Shown here: positions 37,976 to 49,800 of the stretch, in pieces
Layout of the letters: each line of letters starts with the position of its first letter
How positions within the stretch are numbered: position 1 is the first letter of the stretch
Source of the DNA: Bacteroidota bacterium
Lineage (GTDB): Bacteria > Bacteroidota > Bacteroidia > AKYH767-A > OLB10
Assembly (NCBI GenBank): GCA_031418215.1
Contig: JANOXC010000070.1
Span: 1,419 to 65,418 of the forward strand
Length of the DNA: 64,000 bases
Direction of reading: 5' to 3'
Translations under genes and position numbers: made by a program
The notes under the pieces: model-generated
What the model was told of the DNA's origin: nothing
Seen by the model: only the letters and a program-made list of their open reading frames with translations
The model's database searches: none

Positions 37976-38284
37976 GATAAACAACAGTTTGTATTTGGGT
38001 AAAGATACAGATTCAAAGCAAAATAATATTGCAACTAATTCCATGTGACACGTTTTTTTTTGCGCTTTTGCTATGTATGGCACTAGTTCCTTAAAGCGGT
38101 ATTACCAAGCAATAATTCATTCCTTTCTCACTAACCCTATGCAGCTTTTTTATTGTCCCAAAATATACTATCCAGTTGCCAAGTTCCTGATTAGCACAAA
38201 ATATTTTATTATTTAAACCATTTGTCATACCTTCGTTGAAAGGACCTCAAGGGGTCTTTTTTTATCACCTCCCTATTGGTAAAG

Positions 38285-41200
38285 ATGAAAAATAGCCTTA
38301 AATCAATTGTATTCCTGTTAAGCAGCATTCTTTTGCTGGTACCTGCGCAAAGCATTGCTGTTATTCCCACGCCCGCACATGTGGTGGTTTTAGTTCTTGA
38401 AAATCATGGTTATGGGCAAATCAGAAATGCAGTTGCCGCACCTTACCTTAACAGCCTGGTTGACGATCCATACAGTGCATTATTCACACAATCTTTCGGT
38501 CTATCACATCCGAGTCAGCCTAATTATTTGCAATTATTTTCCGGAAGCAATCAGGGGATTTTAGATAATGCTCTTCCTGGAATTTTACCATTTACTACTG
38601 CAAACCTTGGTGCTTCATTGTTGAATAATGCACACACTTTCATTGGTTACTCCGAAGATCTTCCTGCTGCCAGTTACAATGGAGAGTACTTTGCAAACTA
38701 TGTAAGAAAACACAATCCCTGGGTGAACTGGCAGGGGGCATCTTTAAATGGCATCCCCGCTTCATCCAATCAACCTTTTACTGCATTCCCCTCAAACTAC
38801 AACCTGTTGCCCGATGTATCTTTCGTTGTCCCAAACCTGATGAATGATATGCATGACGGAACAGATCCTTCACGGATTGCAACAGGTGATACCTGGGTTC
38901 AGCAAAATCTGAATGGATATATTCAATGGGCTAAGATCAATAACAGTTTACTCATCATCACATTTGATGAAGATGATGGTGCCTCTAATCAGCAGGTGTT
39001 TACTTTGTTAATTGGCGACATGGTACAACATGGAACTTATGCTAATGTTATTAATCATTACAATATTTTAAGGATGCTGGAAGACATGTATGCCTTACCT
39101 CATGCAGGAAATGCTTCCACTGCTTCTACGATTGATTATTGTTGGAATAGCTGTTATCAGATTACTCCTTATATTAATCCCGCCGGTCCTTTAACGGTAT
39201 GCAATGGGAATTTCATTACCTTAACATCAAGTCCTTCTGCAAGTTATTTGTGGTCAACTGGTGCAACCACTTCCTCCATCTCTGTTGCATTAACCGGCAA
39301 TTATACTGTTACAGTTCCTTCGATTAACGGATGCAGCGGCACATCGCTTCCTGTTGTTGTTACTGCTGCCACTGCCCCAACCAATGCAACATTGTTTACA
39401 GAAACAATTGGCTCTGTAGTATCCACAACCTTGATCACCACTCATGAAACAAACAATGGATTTGATAATGATTCTCTGACCATGTCGGGCAGCGGTGAAA
39501 TCAGGAATACTAATGCATCAACCGGCTATGCTGCACAATACCCTGCTGCTTCAGGACTTGGCAATGCGTTTCTAACGAATACTGCGGGCAAATATTTTAT
39601 TATTTCAGGAATTAATACAACTGGATTAAATAACATTCAGTTGTCTTTTGGTGTGTATAAAAACAACTCAACAGGCGTTGGCGCAGATGGATCAAACTTA
39701 TCACTTCAAACAAGCACTGATGGCATAACTTACAATAATACACTAACAATACCGGCTTTGCCAACTGGAACAGGTCCCGACAAATGGTTTTATGTAACAG
39801 CTACCGGCACAATACCTGCAGTTCCCAATCTGAGGATTCAGTTTAAACAAAATGGTACAGTAACGCAATATCGAATTGATGATATACGACTGCAATATAG
39901 TACAGCGCCAACAATTACTGCCAACGGGCCTTTAACATTTTGCCAAGGCGGCAATGTAACACTTACCTCCAGCAGCGCAACAAATAATTTGTGGAGCAAT
40001 GGCGCTACCAATCAAAGTATTGTTGTAACAACACCGGGGATTTATTCCGTTGTTGTAAATTGTGCGTCTTCAACTCAGGTTACCATAACAACAACAAATT
40101 GCACTGCTGCATTAAACCTTAAAGTTTTTTTGGAAGGGTATTATTCAGGCACTAACTCCATGATGCCTGTAGTTGATCCTGTCAATTTTCCAACAATCTG
40201 CGACAGTATAACTGTTGAATTACATGATACTACTGCCGGTCATTCATTGGTTTGTTATAACAAGAATACGATAAACACTAATGGAAACGGGATGTTTATA
40301 TTTCCTGCAACCATATTGAACAATATATATTATGTGGTGATACGTCACCGAAGCACCATTGAAACATGGACTAAAAACCCTGTATCCTTTTCTTCATCTG
40401 TCACCAATCTTGATCTTACAATTCCTGATTCAGCAACGCAGGTCATTCCTGCACCAATATTGAGCAGCATCTCGCCTTCATCGGCAAATGCAGGTTCATC
40501 AGCATTTACTTTAACATTAACCGGAAGTAGTTTTGTAAACAGCTCCGTTGCTCAATGGAATGGTGTTGCGCTTACAACAACTTACATCAGCAATACGCAA
40601 CTGACTGCCATTGTCCCTGCAGCTACTGTTTTAAACACGGGATCGGCAAACATTACTGTTTTTAATCCGGCACCGGGTGGTGGAACTTCGTCTATTCAAC
40701 TATTTTCTATTAATTATCCTGCTCCTGTCCTGACAGCTATTTCACCCTCTTCAGTCACAGCAGGCTCATCAGGTTTTACAATGGTTTTAACAGGAAGTAA
40801 TTTTTCCAACACTTCTGTTGCACAATGGAATGGTATTTCACTTACTACCAGTTTTGTAAGCAGCTCCCAGCTGAATGCAACCGTACCGCCAAGCAATGTT
40901 GTTAATACAGGTACGACGGCCATTACAGTTTTTACGCCGGCACCAGGTGGTGGTACATCCATAATTAAACCATTTACCATTAACAATCCCGCTGCTGTAA
41001 TGAGTTCCATTTCACCATCAGTTGTTACGGCAGGTGCTGCAACATTTGATATGACTGTAACCGGAAGCAATTTTGTAAATGGCGCTGTGGTACAATTTAA
41101 TGGTGTTACACTTTCAACGCAATTTATCAGCAGCACCCAACTCATTGCAACCATTTCTTATACGCTGGTTTTAGTAGGGGGAACTGCGTCCATTACTGTT

Positions 41201-42385
41201 GTTAATCCTTCTCCGGGTGGCGGGACTTCTAATGGATTAACATTGACCATTAATTTTACGGTTCCTGTCCTGAGTTCCATTTCACCAGCTTCAATAACGG
41301 CAGGCTCAGCAGGTTTTACCATGCTTGTTACGGGTTCTAATTTTTTTACAAGCTCTGTTGTAAAGTGGAACGGAGTTGCACTTACAACAACATTCATCAG
41401 TGATTTATTTTTAAATGTTGCAATCCCTACCGGTAATATTACTACTGCAGGAACAGCAAGCATCACTGTTTTTAATCCGACACCAGGTGGGGGAACATCG
41501 GGTATTAAAACTTTTACGATCAATCCTGCAACCGTTACCGTAAAGAAATTTTTATTCGATGCAACCAAAGCAGAAACAGCTGGCAATGCTGATTGGGTAA
41601 TTGATGAAGACAACTCAACACCACAACGCATACCTACTCCTACACAATCTAATATTACCGGGTCAACAATCGAAACCTATTGGACCGGTGCCATCTCCAG
41701 CTGGGGAATTGCATTGGTAAAAAGTGGAAACGCCGTGGAAACACTTCCTTCAGGAACTGCTATCACCTACGGAAATGCAGGCAATATACAAGACCTTTCC
41801 AATTATGATGTATTTGTAGTTGATGAACCCAACATTCTTTTCACTGCTTCAGAAAAAACAGCCATATTGAATTTTGTAAATAATGGCGGTGGATTATTTA
41901 TGGTTGCTGATCATATATCATCTGACAGAAATAATGACGGATGGGATTCACCGGAAATTTGGAATGACTTGATGACAAACAATGGTATAGTAAGCAATCC
42001 GTTTGGCCTGAGCGTTGACCTGACAAATTTTTCTGATTCAAGTAGTAATATTTTAAGCACATGGAGCAGCAATATAATTCTGAATGGATCTCAAGGCCCG
42101 GTTTCAACATTGGAATTTAATGCAGGAGCATCCATCACAATAAGTACAACAGCCAATCCAAATGCTAAAGGATTAATATGGCGAAGCAGCGTTACAAAAA
42201 ACAATACTAACATCATGTGTGCTTCTTCAACATACGGTTCAGGAAGAGTTTTTTTGGTGACTGACAGCTCCCCTATTGATGATGGTACCGGTGCAAGTGG
42301 AAACACTTTATTTGTTGGCTGGCCACTTTGCAGCCACACCCCACTATTTATGAATGCTTCGCTCTGGCTGGCGAAGTTGCAGTGA
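38285..42385 (+). CDS. Secreted phosphoesterase (acid phosphatase-like) fused to Ig-like domains, four IPT/TIG repeats and a C-terminal alpha/beta domain
   Basis: HVVVLVLENH, HPSQPNY, YVRKHNPW, DMHDG, ITFDED; four ~90-aa P.[LM]..ISP...NP.PGGGTS repeats. Start is probably the ATG at 38285. Confidence 0.85.
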   Translation: MKNSLKSIVFLLSSILLLVPAQSIAVIPTPAHVVVLVLENHGYGQIRNAVAAPYLNSLVDDPYSALFTQSFGLSHPSQPNYLQLFSGSNQGILDNALPGILPFTTANLGASLLNNAHTFIGYSEDLPAASYNGEYFANYVRKHNPWVNWQGASLNGIPASSNQPFTAFPSNYNLLPDVSFVVPNLMNDMHDGTDPSRIATGDTWVQQNLNGYIQWAKINNSLLIITFDEDDGASNQQVFTLLIGDMVQHGTYANVINHYNILRMLEDMYALPHAGNASTASTIDYCWNSCYQITPYINPAGPLTVCNGNFITLTSSPSASYLWSTGATTSSISVALTGNYTVTVPSINGCSGTSLPVVVTAATAPTNATLFTETIGSVVSTTLITTHETNNGFDNDSLTMSGSGEIRNTNASTGYAAQYPAASGLGNAFLTNTAGKYFIISGINTTGLNNIQLSFGVYKNNSTGVGADGSNLSLQTSTDGITYNNTLTIPALPTGTGPDKWFYVTATGTIPAVPNLRIQFKQNGTVTQYRIDDIRLQYSTAPTITANGPLTFCQGGNVTLTSSSATNNLWSNGATNQSIVVTTPGIYSVVVNCASSTQVTITTTNCTAALNLKVFLEGYYSGTNSMMPVVDPVNFPTICDSITVELHDTTAGHSLVCYNKNTINTNGNGMFIFPATILNNIYYVVIRHRSTIETWTKNPVSFSSSVTNLDLTIPDSATQVIPAPILSSISPSSANAGSSAFTLTLTGSSFVNSSVAQWNGVALTTTYISNTQLTAIVPAATVLNTGSANITVFNPAPGGGTSSIQLFSINYPAPVLTAISPSSVTAGSSGFTMVLTGSNFSNTSVAQWNGISLTTSFVSSSQLNATVPPSNVVNTGTTAITVFTPAPGGGTSIIKPFTINNPAAVMSSISPSVVTAGAATFDMTVTGSNFVNGAVVQFNGVTLSTQFISSTQLIATISYTLVLVGGTASITVVNPSPGGGTSNGLTLTINFTVPVLSSISPASITAGSAGFTMLVTGSNFFTSSVVKWNGVALTTTFISDLFLNVAIPTGNITTAGTASITVFNPTPGGGTSGIKTFTINPATVTVKKFLFDATKAETAGNADWVIDEDNSTPQRIPTPTQSNITGSTIETYWTGAISSWGIALVKSGNAVETLPSGTAITYGNAGNIQDLSNYDVFVVDEPNILFTASEKTAILNFVNNGGGLFMVADHISSDRNNDGWDSPEIWNDLMTNNGIVSNPFGLSVDLTNFSDSSSNILSTWSSNIILNGSQGPVSTLEFNAGASITISTTANPNAKGLIWRSSVTKNNTNIMCASSTYGSGRVFLVTDSSPIDDGTGASGNTLFVGWPLCSHTPLFMNASLWLAKLQ

Positions 42386-42705
42386 GTCAACATGAATTGA
42401 TTGAAGGCACCCGCTAATATATTTTATTTTTAATGCTTTTAATTTTTTAAGTAAAAAGTGCTACCCTTTTAATATATCCATTAAAAAACAACAATTCTGC
42501 CGATAATATAGGAAAATGGGTTGAAATCTGCATTGGAAGCAGGTTTCAGACAGGAGGAGTAAAGATTGTAATGAAATAGTTTTACACGCTGGTAAGCAAG
42601 TAGATTGGATAAACTCAAGCGATTAACCAATGGCTATATATATATATGTAATATTCGTTTGAATTATATGAAATATTATTCAGACATTTCTTGAATTTTC
42701 AATCT

Positions 42706-42822
42706 TGTCATGCTGAGGGCACCGAAGCATCTCAAAATCATTCCTGGAAAATATTTAATCAATAGCAGTACAAATCTTCATGCATCATAAATGTGAGATT
42801 CTTCATTACTTTCAGAATGACA
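42706..42822. repeat. Inverted pair of 28-bp REP-like units (REPIN-like)
   Basis: TGTCATGCTGAGGGCACCGAAGCATCTC (42706-42733) and the reverse complement of 42795-42822, TGTCATTCTGAAAGTAATGAAGAATCTC. Confidence 0.7.
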
Positions 42823-42841
42823 AACAGGAATAAAATAATGG

Positions 42842-44932
42842 CTATTTACTAATAAAAACAGATTTCGCCATAGTTTTTCCATTAGCTGACATGCGGATAA
42901 AGTAAATTCCTGCATTGTAACCCTTTTCACTAACCGGTAAATCAAACTGATAAAATCCTTTTTCCTGGTATGTTGGGATTTCATCAAACGAATTCACTAA
43001 CTGACCCATTGTATTCAACAAATCAATTTTAACTTTTGAATTTTCTTCCAGGAAATAATTGATTGTTGTCAGGTTACTTTCCGAAGTGATGGAAAACAAT
43101 TGCGATTGATCCATGATTACAGGTTGTGTTACAAAACCGGATTTCATGATACTAAACTGGTCGACAATTGCTCCTTGCGAGGTTAAGTATTTACAAGAAA
43201 GTGTATCCCCATTTACATCCATCACCATAGAACAGTTGTTGGTATGATCATTAAAAAACATACATGGCATTGGAAAACCAGCCTGCATCGTTCCGGGATC
43301 AACACCTGATGTTCCGCACACTGCATAAATAGTCCCGTTAAACGGAGCTGTTTTCACAAATGTATTTGTTGCTGTACTAACTTTCATCGAAGACGTAAAA
43401 GTGCCGGACAAGCCATAATGACCATTCATTAAAAAACTTCTTTCATTACTATGTGAATGCCCGCTAAGGACAAGATCTACATGACTGTTTTCCAGCAATG
43501 GAATAATGTTGGTGCGCATATTAATTAATTCCGTTTCCGTATCACTGTTATGTGTTCCCAATGAATAAGGAGGGTGATGAAAATAAACCACTGTCCATCG
43601 CTGTGTATTAACGGCTAAATCACTGTTGAGCCAGGCATACATTGGACTTGATGCAGTGTTTAAGGAGCCATAACTATCCAACGAAATAAAATGAATGTTT
43701 GCATAATTAAAAGAATAATACTTTGACGATCCTGATGCAACGCCTCCTGCTTCACCCAACTTTGGTGTTGTGAAATTAGCGAAATAAGGAAAATTTGTAG
43801 AGAGTGAACTTGAAGACTGATAACCAATATTACCATAATCATGATTTCCTGGAGCCGGATAAAGCGGAATTTTCTTAAGCTGATCAGGGTACTTATTAAA
43901 AACATTGTTTTGATATTCCACATCGGCACCAATTGAATAAGCATTATCACCTAACCATATCCATAAATTAGTTGGCGTTGATCCTGTATAATTTACGTAT
44001 GCATCACGTACGGCAACCTGGTGAGCAGAACCATTTCCAAAATCACCTGTTATCCAAGTGCGAACAGGGGTTGCACTTCCACTCACCGGTGAAGAAAGAA
44101 AAGAATTGTTTATATCCCCTTGTAATACTTTCGATTTGGTGCCAATCGAATAATAATATCTAGTTCCCGGCAGTAATCCGGTTAAGTTGACAATATGTTC
44201 TGTTAAAAAAGCGGCATCGGATGCAGTATAGCCATAACTTAAAGCTGTACCGTATTGAACCCTTTTGTTAGCAGGTAAATCTGTACGCCATCGAATAGTT
44301 ATTCCGTTCGGTGTAACTTTTTGAAGATACGGTCCTCTTGAAATAGTTGGTACCGGAGCAGTAACATAGGCATTAACCAATGCATTAAAACTGACATCTG
44401 TGCTGGTGATCGAACGTTGGTGTATTTCAACAGCCATTACATTATTCCCCTGAACAAATAAAGTGCTATTTAAAGTTAAGGTTGCCCATAAAGATTCATC
44501 AGGCCCTTCTATGGCCGCAGAAGCTGAAGTGGTATATGAAATGTTTCCTGTAGGCATGTTGTTCCGGTATGCTTCGGTTCCGTTTATATAAACAACTACG
44601 CCGTCATCGCGCAACAGGCTCATCACAATTAAAGCATAAGAAGATGGGTTATTAACGGTGAATGTTTTTCGAAAATAAGTAGTAATATATTTCTTTGCTT
44701 TGTTGGGTCCAAAACTTACAGTTGTTGCTTCATCGCCTTCTCCATATCCTAATTCAGCAGCACCACTTGCCCAGGAACTATCATTAAATGAAGCAGTGCG
44801 CCACACAGTTCCTTGGTTGGTTCCATTATCCAGGTATTTCCAGGTGCTCCCTTTGGGGATCAATGACACCACCTGCGCTTGTAATAGCCCAATAAAACAA
44901 ATGCAGATGATAAATACAACAGCCTTTTTCAT
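42842..44932 (-). CDS. Purple acid phosphatase-like metallophosphoesterase, T9SS cargo
   Basis: GDFG, GDNAY, GNHD, HHPPY, GHSH motifs; N-terminal beta-sandwich and FN3-like domain; CTD ...NTMGQ...GIYFIRM. Confidence 0.9.
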   Translation of the reverse strand: MKKAVVFIICICFIGLLQAQVVSLIPKGSTWKYLDNGTNQGTVWRTASFNDSSWASGAAELGYGEGDEATTVSFGPNKAKKYITTYFRKTFTVNNPSSYALIVMSLLRDDGVVVYINGTEAYRNNMPTGNISYTTSASAAIEGPDESLWATLTLNSTLFVQGNNVMAVEIHQRSITSTDVSFNALVNAYVTAPVPTISRGPYLQKVTPNGITIRWRTDLPANKRVQYGTALSYGYTASDAAFLTEHIVNLTGLLPGTRYYYSIGTKSKVLQGDINNSFLSSPVSGSATPVRTWITGDFGNGSAHQVAVRDAYVNYTGSTPTNLWIWLGDNAYSIGADVEYQNNVFNKYPDQLKKIPLYPAPGNHDYGNIGYQSSSSLSTNFPYFANFTTPKLGEAGGVASGSSKYYSFNYANIHFISLDSYGSLNTASSPMYAWLNSDLAVNTQRWTVVYFHHPPYSLGTHNSDTETELINMRTNIIPLLENSHVDLVLSGHSHSNERSFLMNGHYGLSGTFTSSMKVSTATNTFVKTAPFNGTIYAVCGTSGVDPGTMQAGFPMPCMFFNDHTNNCSMVMDVNGDTLSCKYLTSQGAIVDQFSIMKSGFVTQPVIMDQSQLFSITSESNLTTINYFLEENSKVKIDLLNTMGQLVNSFDEIPTYQEKGFYQFDLPVSEKGYNAGIYFIRMSANGKTMAKSVFISK

Positions 44933-45140
44933 TGTTTTTTCTCTTGTTTAATAAAGGTGCTTTAAAGTTAAGCGGAAATCTATTTCTAATTTTTTATTTC
45001 GGCAAGGAAATCATGCTGAGCCGGCAAAAAAGGAGGATTTTCGCCTTAAAAAAGCCTGATTTTGCTTCCGAACAGGAAATACCTTCCAAAAATGATTACC
45101 CGGTATATGCCCGGACATTTTACTTTTACGTTCTTAAATT

Positions 45141-46373
45141 ATGAAACGTTTACTGTCATTATATACGGAGTCCTATGCCAATCTACAAAGAAACATATGG
45201 ATACTATCCATTGCTTTGTTCATCAACAGGAGTGGTTCGATGGTATTGCTTTTTACTTCGCTTTACCTGACCAATGATTTACATTTCAGTATTGCACAAG
45301 CAGGCTTGGTGATGAGTTTTTATGGTATTGGCAGTGTACTTGGTTCTTATGCAGGTGGCTGGCTTACTGACAGGAAAAACTTTTTCGATATTATGATCAT
45401 TTCTTTGCTGAGCAGTGGATTGATTTTATTGTCGCTATTATTTGTTACCACGCCGTTTATGCTTGCGGCCATTATTTTTACTTATGCATTTACAGCAGAC
45501 TTGTTCCGTCCGGCAAATGCTGCCGCCATCGCAGCATACAGCACTCCTGAAAACCGTACACGTTCTGTTTCATTACTACGTATGGCTATCAATCTTGGAT
45601 TCTCCGTAGGTCCTGCAGTTGGCGGATTTATTGCATTGCATTTGGGATATAAATGGTTGTTTGTATTGGATGCCTCAACAGGATTTGCAGCTGCGCTGAT
45701 GTTATATATATATCTTCCCAAACATCCATCTGTCGAAAAGCGTGCTGACTCTGCCATACTGCAGGACAGTAAGACATCAGCCTATCGCGATGGCCGATAT
45801 TTGTTTTTTATTTTTTTGGTGGCATTGTATGGTATTGGCTTCTTCCAGATTTTTGCCAGTATGCCGCAGTACTTCAGTAAGGTTTGCCATTATAAAACCG
45901 ATGTTATTGGTTTATTACTGGCATTGAATGGATTTCTTGTTGTTGTTATTGAAATGCCTTTAATCAGTGTACTGGAAAAGAAAAAACAAAAGAAAATATT
46001 CCCTTTTATAATCGCCGGCACATTATGTCTGCCAGCCGCCTTTGCTATTATTTTGCTTGGAAAAGGAATGATGGTATGGGCTGTGATTTACACACTGGTG
46101 ATTACACTTTCAGAAATATTTGCTATGCCATTTATGATGAACTATTCATTAAACCGTCCACCACGCGAAAGACAAGGTCAATATTCTGCACTATACTCTA
46201 TTGCCTACGGAATTGCCAATATTGCAGCGCCACTGCTTGGACTGGGTATTGCAAGTGCCTATGGATTTGATAGGATGTTTTACTTTTTTGTTGCACTGGG
46301 GTTTGCAACAGCGTTAGGTTTCTTGTTAATAAACCGATTGACGATAAAAGACGAATTAATTGGCAATCCGTAA
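45141..46373 (+). CDS. MFS transporter
   Basis: About 12 TM segments; GGWLTDR motif A; NLGFSVGPAVGG. Confidence 0.92.
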   Translation: MKRLLSLYTESYANLQRNIWILSIALFINRSGSMVLLFTSLYLTNDLHFSIAQAGLVMSFYGIGSVLGSYAGGWLTDRKNFFDIMIISLLSSGLILLSLLFVTTPFMLAAIIFTYAFTADLFRPANAAAIAAYSTPENRTRSVSLLRMAINLGFSVGPAVGGFIALHLGYKWLFVLDASTGFAAALMLYIYLPKHPSVEKRADSAILQDSKTSAYRDGRYLFFIFLVALYGIGFFQIFASMPQYFSKVCHYKTDVIGLLLALNGFLVVVIEMPLISVLEKKKQKKIFPFIIAGTLCLPAAFAIILLGKGMMVWAVIYTLVITLSEIFAMPFMMNYSLNRPPRERQGQYSALYSIAYGIANIAAPLLGLGIASAYGFDRMFYFFVALGFATALGFLLINRLTIKDELIGNP

Positions 46374-46375
46374 AA

Positions 46376-46729
46376 TTACCTATGATAAACTCTTGATGCT
46401 ACAATTCGATTATTTTCAATTTCAAGCACTTCAGCCACATTCATATTCTCTTCGCCTGGGACAATCCTGATGTATTCCATAAAAACCCTTTCTTTATTTG
46501 CGGTAATTGTTTGCTCTTGATAATTCAGTTGCGGCAATCGTTCAAAAGCATCCTTCCACCAATCGCGCATTGCTGCTTTTCCTTTGATCAACCCCTTCGT
46601 CTCCGGTTTTCTGATTTTTAATTTCGGACTGAAATGAACAGCATTGTCATCATATAATGCGAGCAGTTTTTCCAGGTTATGCTCATTAAAAGCACTTAAC
46701 CATTGTTTTGCTATTTGAACATTAATCAT
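46376..46729 (-). CDS. SnoaL-like/NTF2 family protein
   Basis: WLSAFNEHNLEKLLALY, GKAAMRDWW, SRVYH. Confidence 0.85.
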   Translation of the reverse strand: MINVQIAKQWLSAFNEHNLEKLLALYDDNAVHFSPKLKIRKPETKGLIKGKAAMRDWWKDAFERLPQLNYQEQTITANKERVFMEYIRIVPGEENMNVAEVLEIENNRIVASRVYHR

Positions 46730-46862
46730 CTTATAAAATATTTTTTTGATGCTTTGCTTTATGCATTTAATAACACTTCACAAATCAAAGGAATGATATT
46801 CAGAGAAAACCTCCATTTTTTAAATTTTCAAATTGGCAAATTTTCAAATTAAAATCATATCA

Positions 46863-49800
46863 TCACTGCTCCGTAAAATCAAAACTGATGGCGCTTTCAT
46901 TAAAATTTACAGGCTCTTTGCTCCAAGTTTCGATACTGCTCCGGTGTTTTATCGCGATATAATATTCGCCACAATGGAGATTGGTCATGTTGAAACTTAC
47001 GTTGCCATTGATGTCTACTATTCCTTCTACGTGATATGCGGGGGAACTGCTAATTGGGAATGAATATAAATCAACATCAATACTATCACACCACATTGGA
47101 TGGTTAATTGGATCTAAAACAGCAGCCATCAATCCATTACCAATGTAATACCCTTCAAAAAAACATTTCATGTTAAATGCCATATTATATACATCTGTAT
47201 CGCCATCACAGTTATCATCAATGCCATTACAAATTTCTGTAATCAGTGGGTTGACTAAAGCATTGGAGTCATTGCAATCGCCACCAATTGTAATATAACC
47301 TGTCGGTATTTGACATCCTGCTGTTACCATTAAAAGATCATCACCATAATTGTCGGCATCTACATCGGGATAGTAATTAAATGAAGGTTCCGATAATGTT
47401 TTTTGATTCGTTACCACACAACCGATTGCATCGGTTACCGTAACCGAATACGTTCCGGGCAGCAAACTATCAATCGTCAAATCCGTACTATTGTTGCTCC
47501 ATTTATATATATAAGGAGTTACTCCATTTGCAAATTCTACAGATAAAATTCCATTGGTTAAGTTGCTGCAATTTATGTCCTGAACAACCGTTAAGTTTGC
47601 AGAAAGCTGATTTGTAGGTGAAGTAATGGAAAAATATTTTGCTGCTAAACAACTATTAGAATCCGTTACTGAAACCGAATAGTTCCCTGCTGTTAACCCT
47701 GAAATAGAATTTTGTCCGGATCCGTTGCTCCAATGAATCAGGAAAGGTGTTGTTCCACCTGTTATAGTTGCGAAAGCTGTCCCATCATTATTGTTTTTGC
47801 AAGTTACATTTGAAATATTTAATTGCACTTGTACAGGGTCGGGTTCTGTAATTGTAACCAAAGCCTTTCCAGTGCAGAGGCTGGATGTTTGCGTAACAGT
47901 GACTTGGTATGTGCCGCTACTGATACTCGTAATGGTACTCGTTGTTTTTCCTGTATTCCAAAGGAATTTATATCCTGATGTTGGTTGTACAGTTAAACTC
48001 GTTTTATTTCCAAAGCAACTTAACTTAAATGTTGGTGTAATGGAAGAAGAAATAGTTGCAACAACTGTTCCGGAAATGTTAAGCGGATTTCCGGCCATTG
48101 TTGCAATGCAGCCATTGTGGTCTTTTACCAAAGCAAAATAATTTCCGGGAGGTTGGTTAGTAAATGAATAACTTTTCTCCATTACAGGTGCACGAAATGA
48201 TATCCCTCCATCGACAGAATATAAAAATGGAGGTGCTGCATTGCTAAGACTGTCAATGGTGATAGTGATTTTTGCCGAGCCGCAATTCAATAACGATACA
48301 GAAGATAAACTTGTTGATGCCGAGAATTGTTTTGCAATAATTTCTGCCTGTTGCATCGCTGTACATCCTTTTGCATCGGTCACTGTTACTGTGTAAATTC
48401 CATTGGGGAGTTCTTCAATCATCCCCGTGATGGCGCCATTATTCCATTGGTAATTATAGGTATTCATATTTCCGCCGGTAACAACAGCCGTTATCTTCCC
48501 TGCTTTCTGATTGTTACAGTTATTTGCCGTTTGCAAATCAACCATAAACGGTGTGAGCGGTTGTGAAACACTCACCAAAAGTAATTGTGATAACAAAGTT
48601 GTGTCATTGCTGCTTCTTGCTCTTATATAATAGTTTCCTGATAAAAGGTTGGACAAAGTAATAGTATACGAGCCTGCCTGCCATACACCATGATTGATGG
48701 AATATTCATAATTAGGCCCTGCTCCATTTGCTTGAACTTTAATCTCCCCCGTATTTGCACCATAACAAGTTACCGGTGTAATGCTTGCAGTTATTGCAAT
48801 TGGCCCCGGACAAGCTGCTTCGGCTATTGCTACACCATTACCAGGCATGTTTGGAGAAAGCCCAATATATATCCTATCAATTAAAATATTGTCGTTTAAA
48901 GAATGAACAGAAAGCAAATAGGGAACAGCATTAAGATCATATTCAACAGGTACATCAATTGTATCCATCATTAACCACATCCATTCAGTACCTGAAATGC
49001 ATCCCAATGTATGCCTTATAACATTGGCAGTATCATTTACATCCGTTAAATTAATATTGATTGATGGATTCACGTTTGACCCTGTTTTAAGTCTTGCCTT
49101 TATATATAAATAATAATGCGCTGCAGCAACAGGTTCAAAATGATATTCGTATGTATTTGCATTTCCGAATACATAAGAAGTAAAATTACGGTAATCACCA
49201 TTCGTAATCGGCAGATGATTTACGTCCTCTGTGTGAATAGAACTTTCCAAAGAATTAGTAACATTGTCAAAGACCTCAGCCTCTAAATCAAAATCCCTGC
49301 TCCATCGTTCCGGATGTTCCCATTGATGCCATTTATCCAATTGATAAAAAACAACATCATTGGCATTGCCTCTTCTTCTGTCTAAAATATAGGTGCTCCC
49401 TTGTCTGCGAATATTAAATCGTAGCGAATCAACTGGCCCGACCCCTGCATTTAAATCAATTGTTACATTCTCCTCCAGTGGAGCATCCCCTACCATATTC
49501 ACCAGTTTTTGAATCGATCCTGTGATGGCATATTTCAGAATTGGTGCGCCATTCAATTCACTGGCATCCTGTCTGATGGTAATCAAATCCAAAGGACTGC
49601 CGGCATTAAATGCATATGCTTTTCCTTGTGACGCAACTCCGGGAGAAGAATTTATATTTCCTTCCAGTACATTCCCAAATAAGATCATGTGATCAATACG
49701 GCTTAGAATTGCCTGTGCATAGGATGGTATTGCCGCTTGCCATATATATCCTTTAGGGTTGGCTGTAATTTCATCATAGTAAGCATGGTAAAAATCAACA

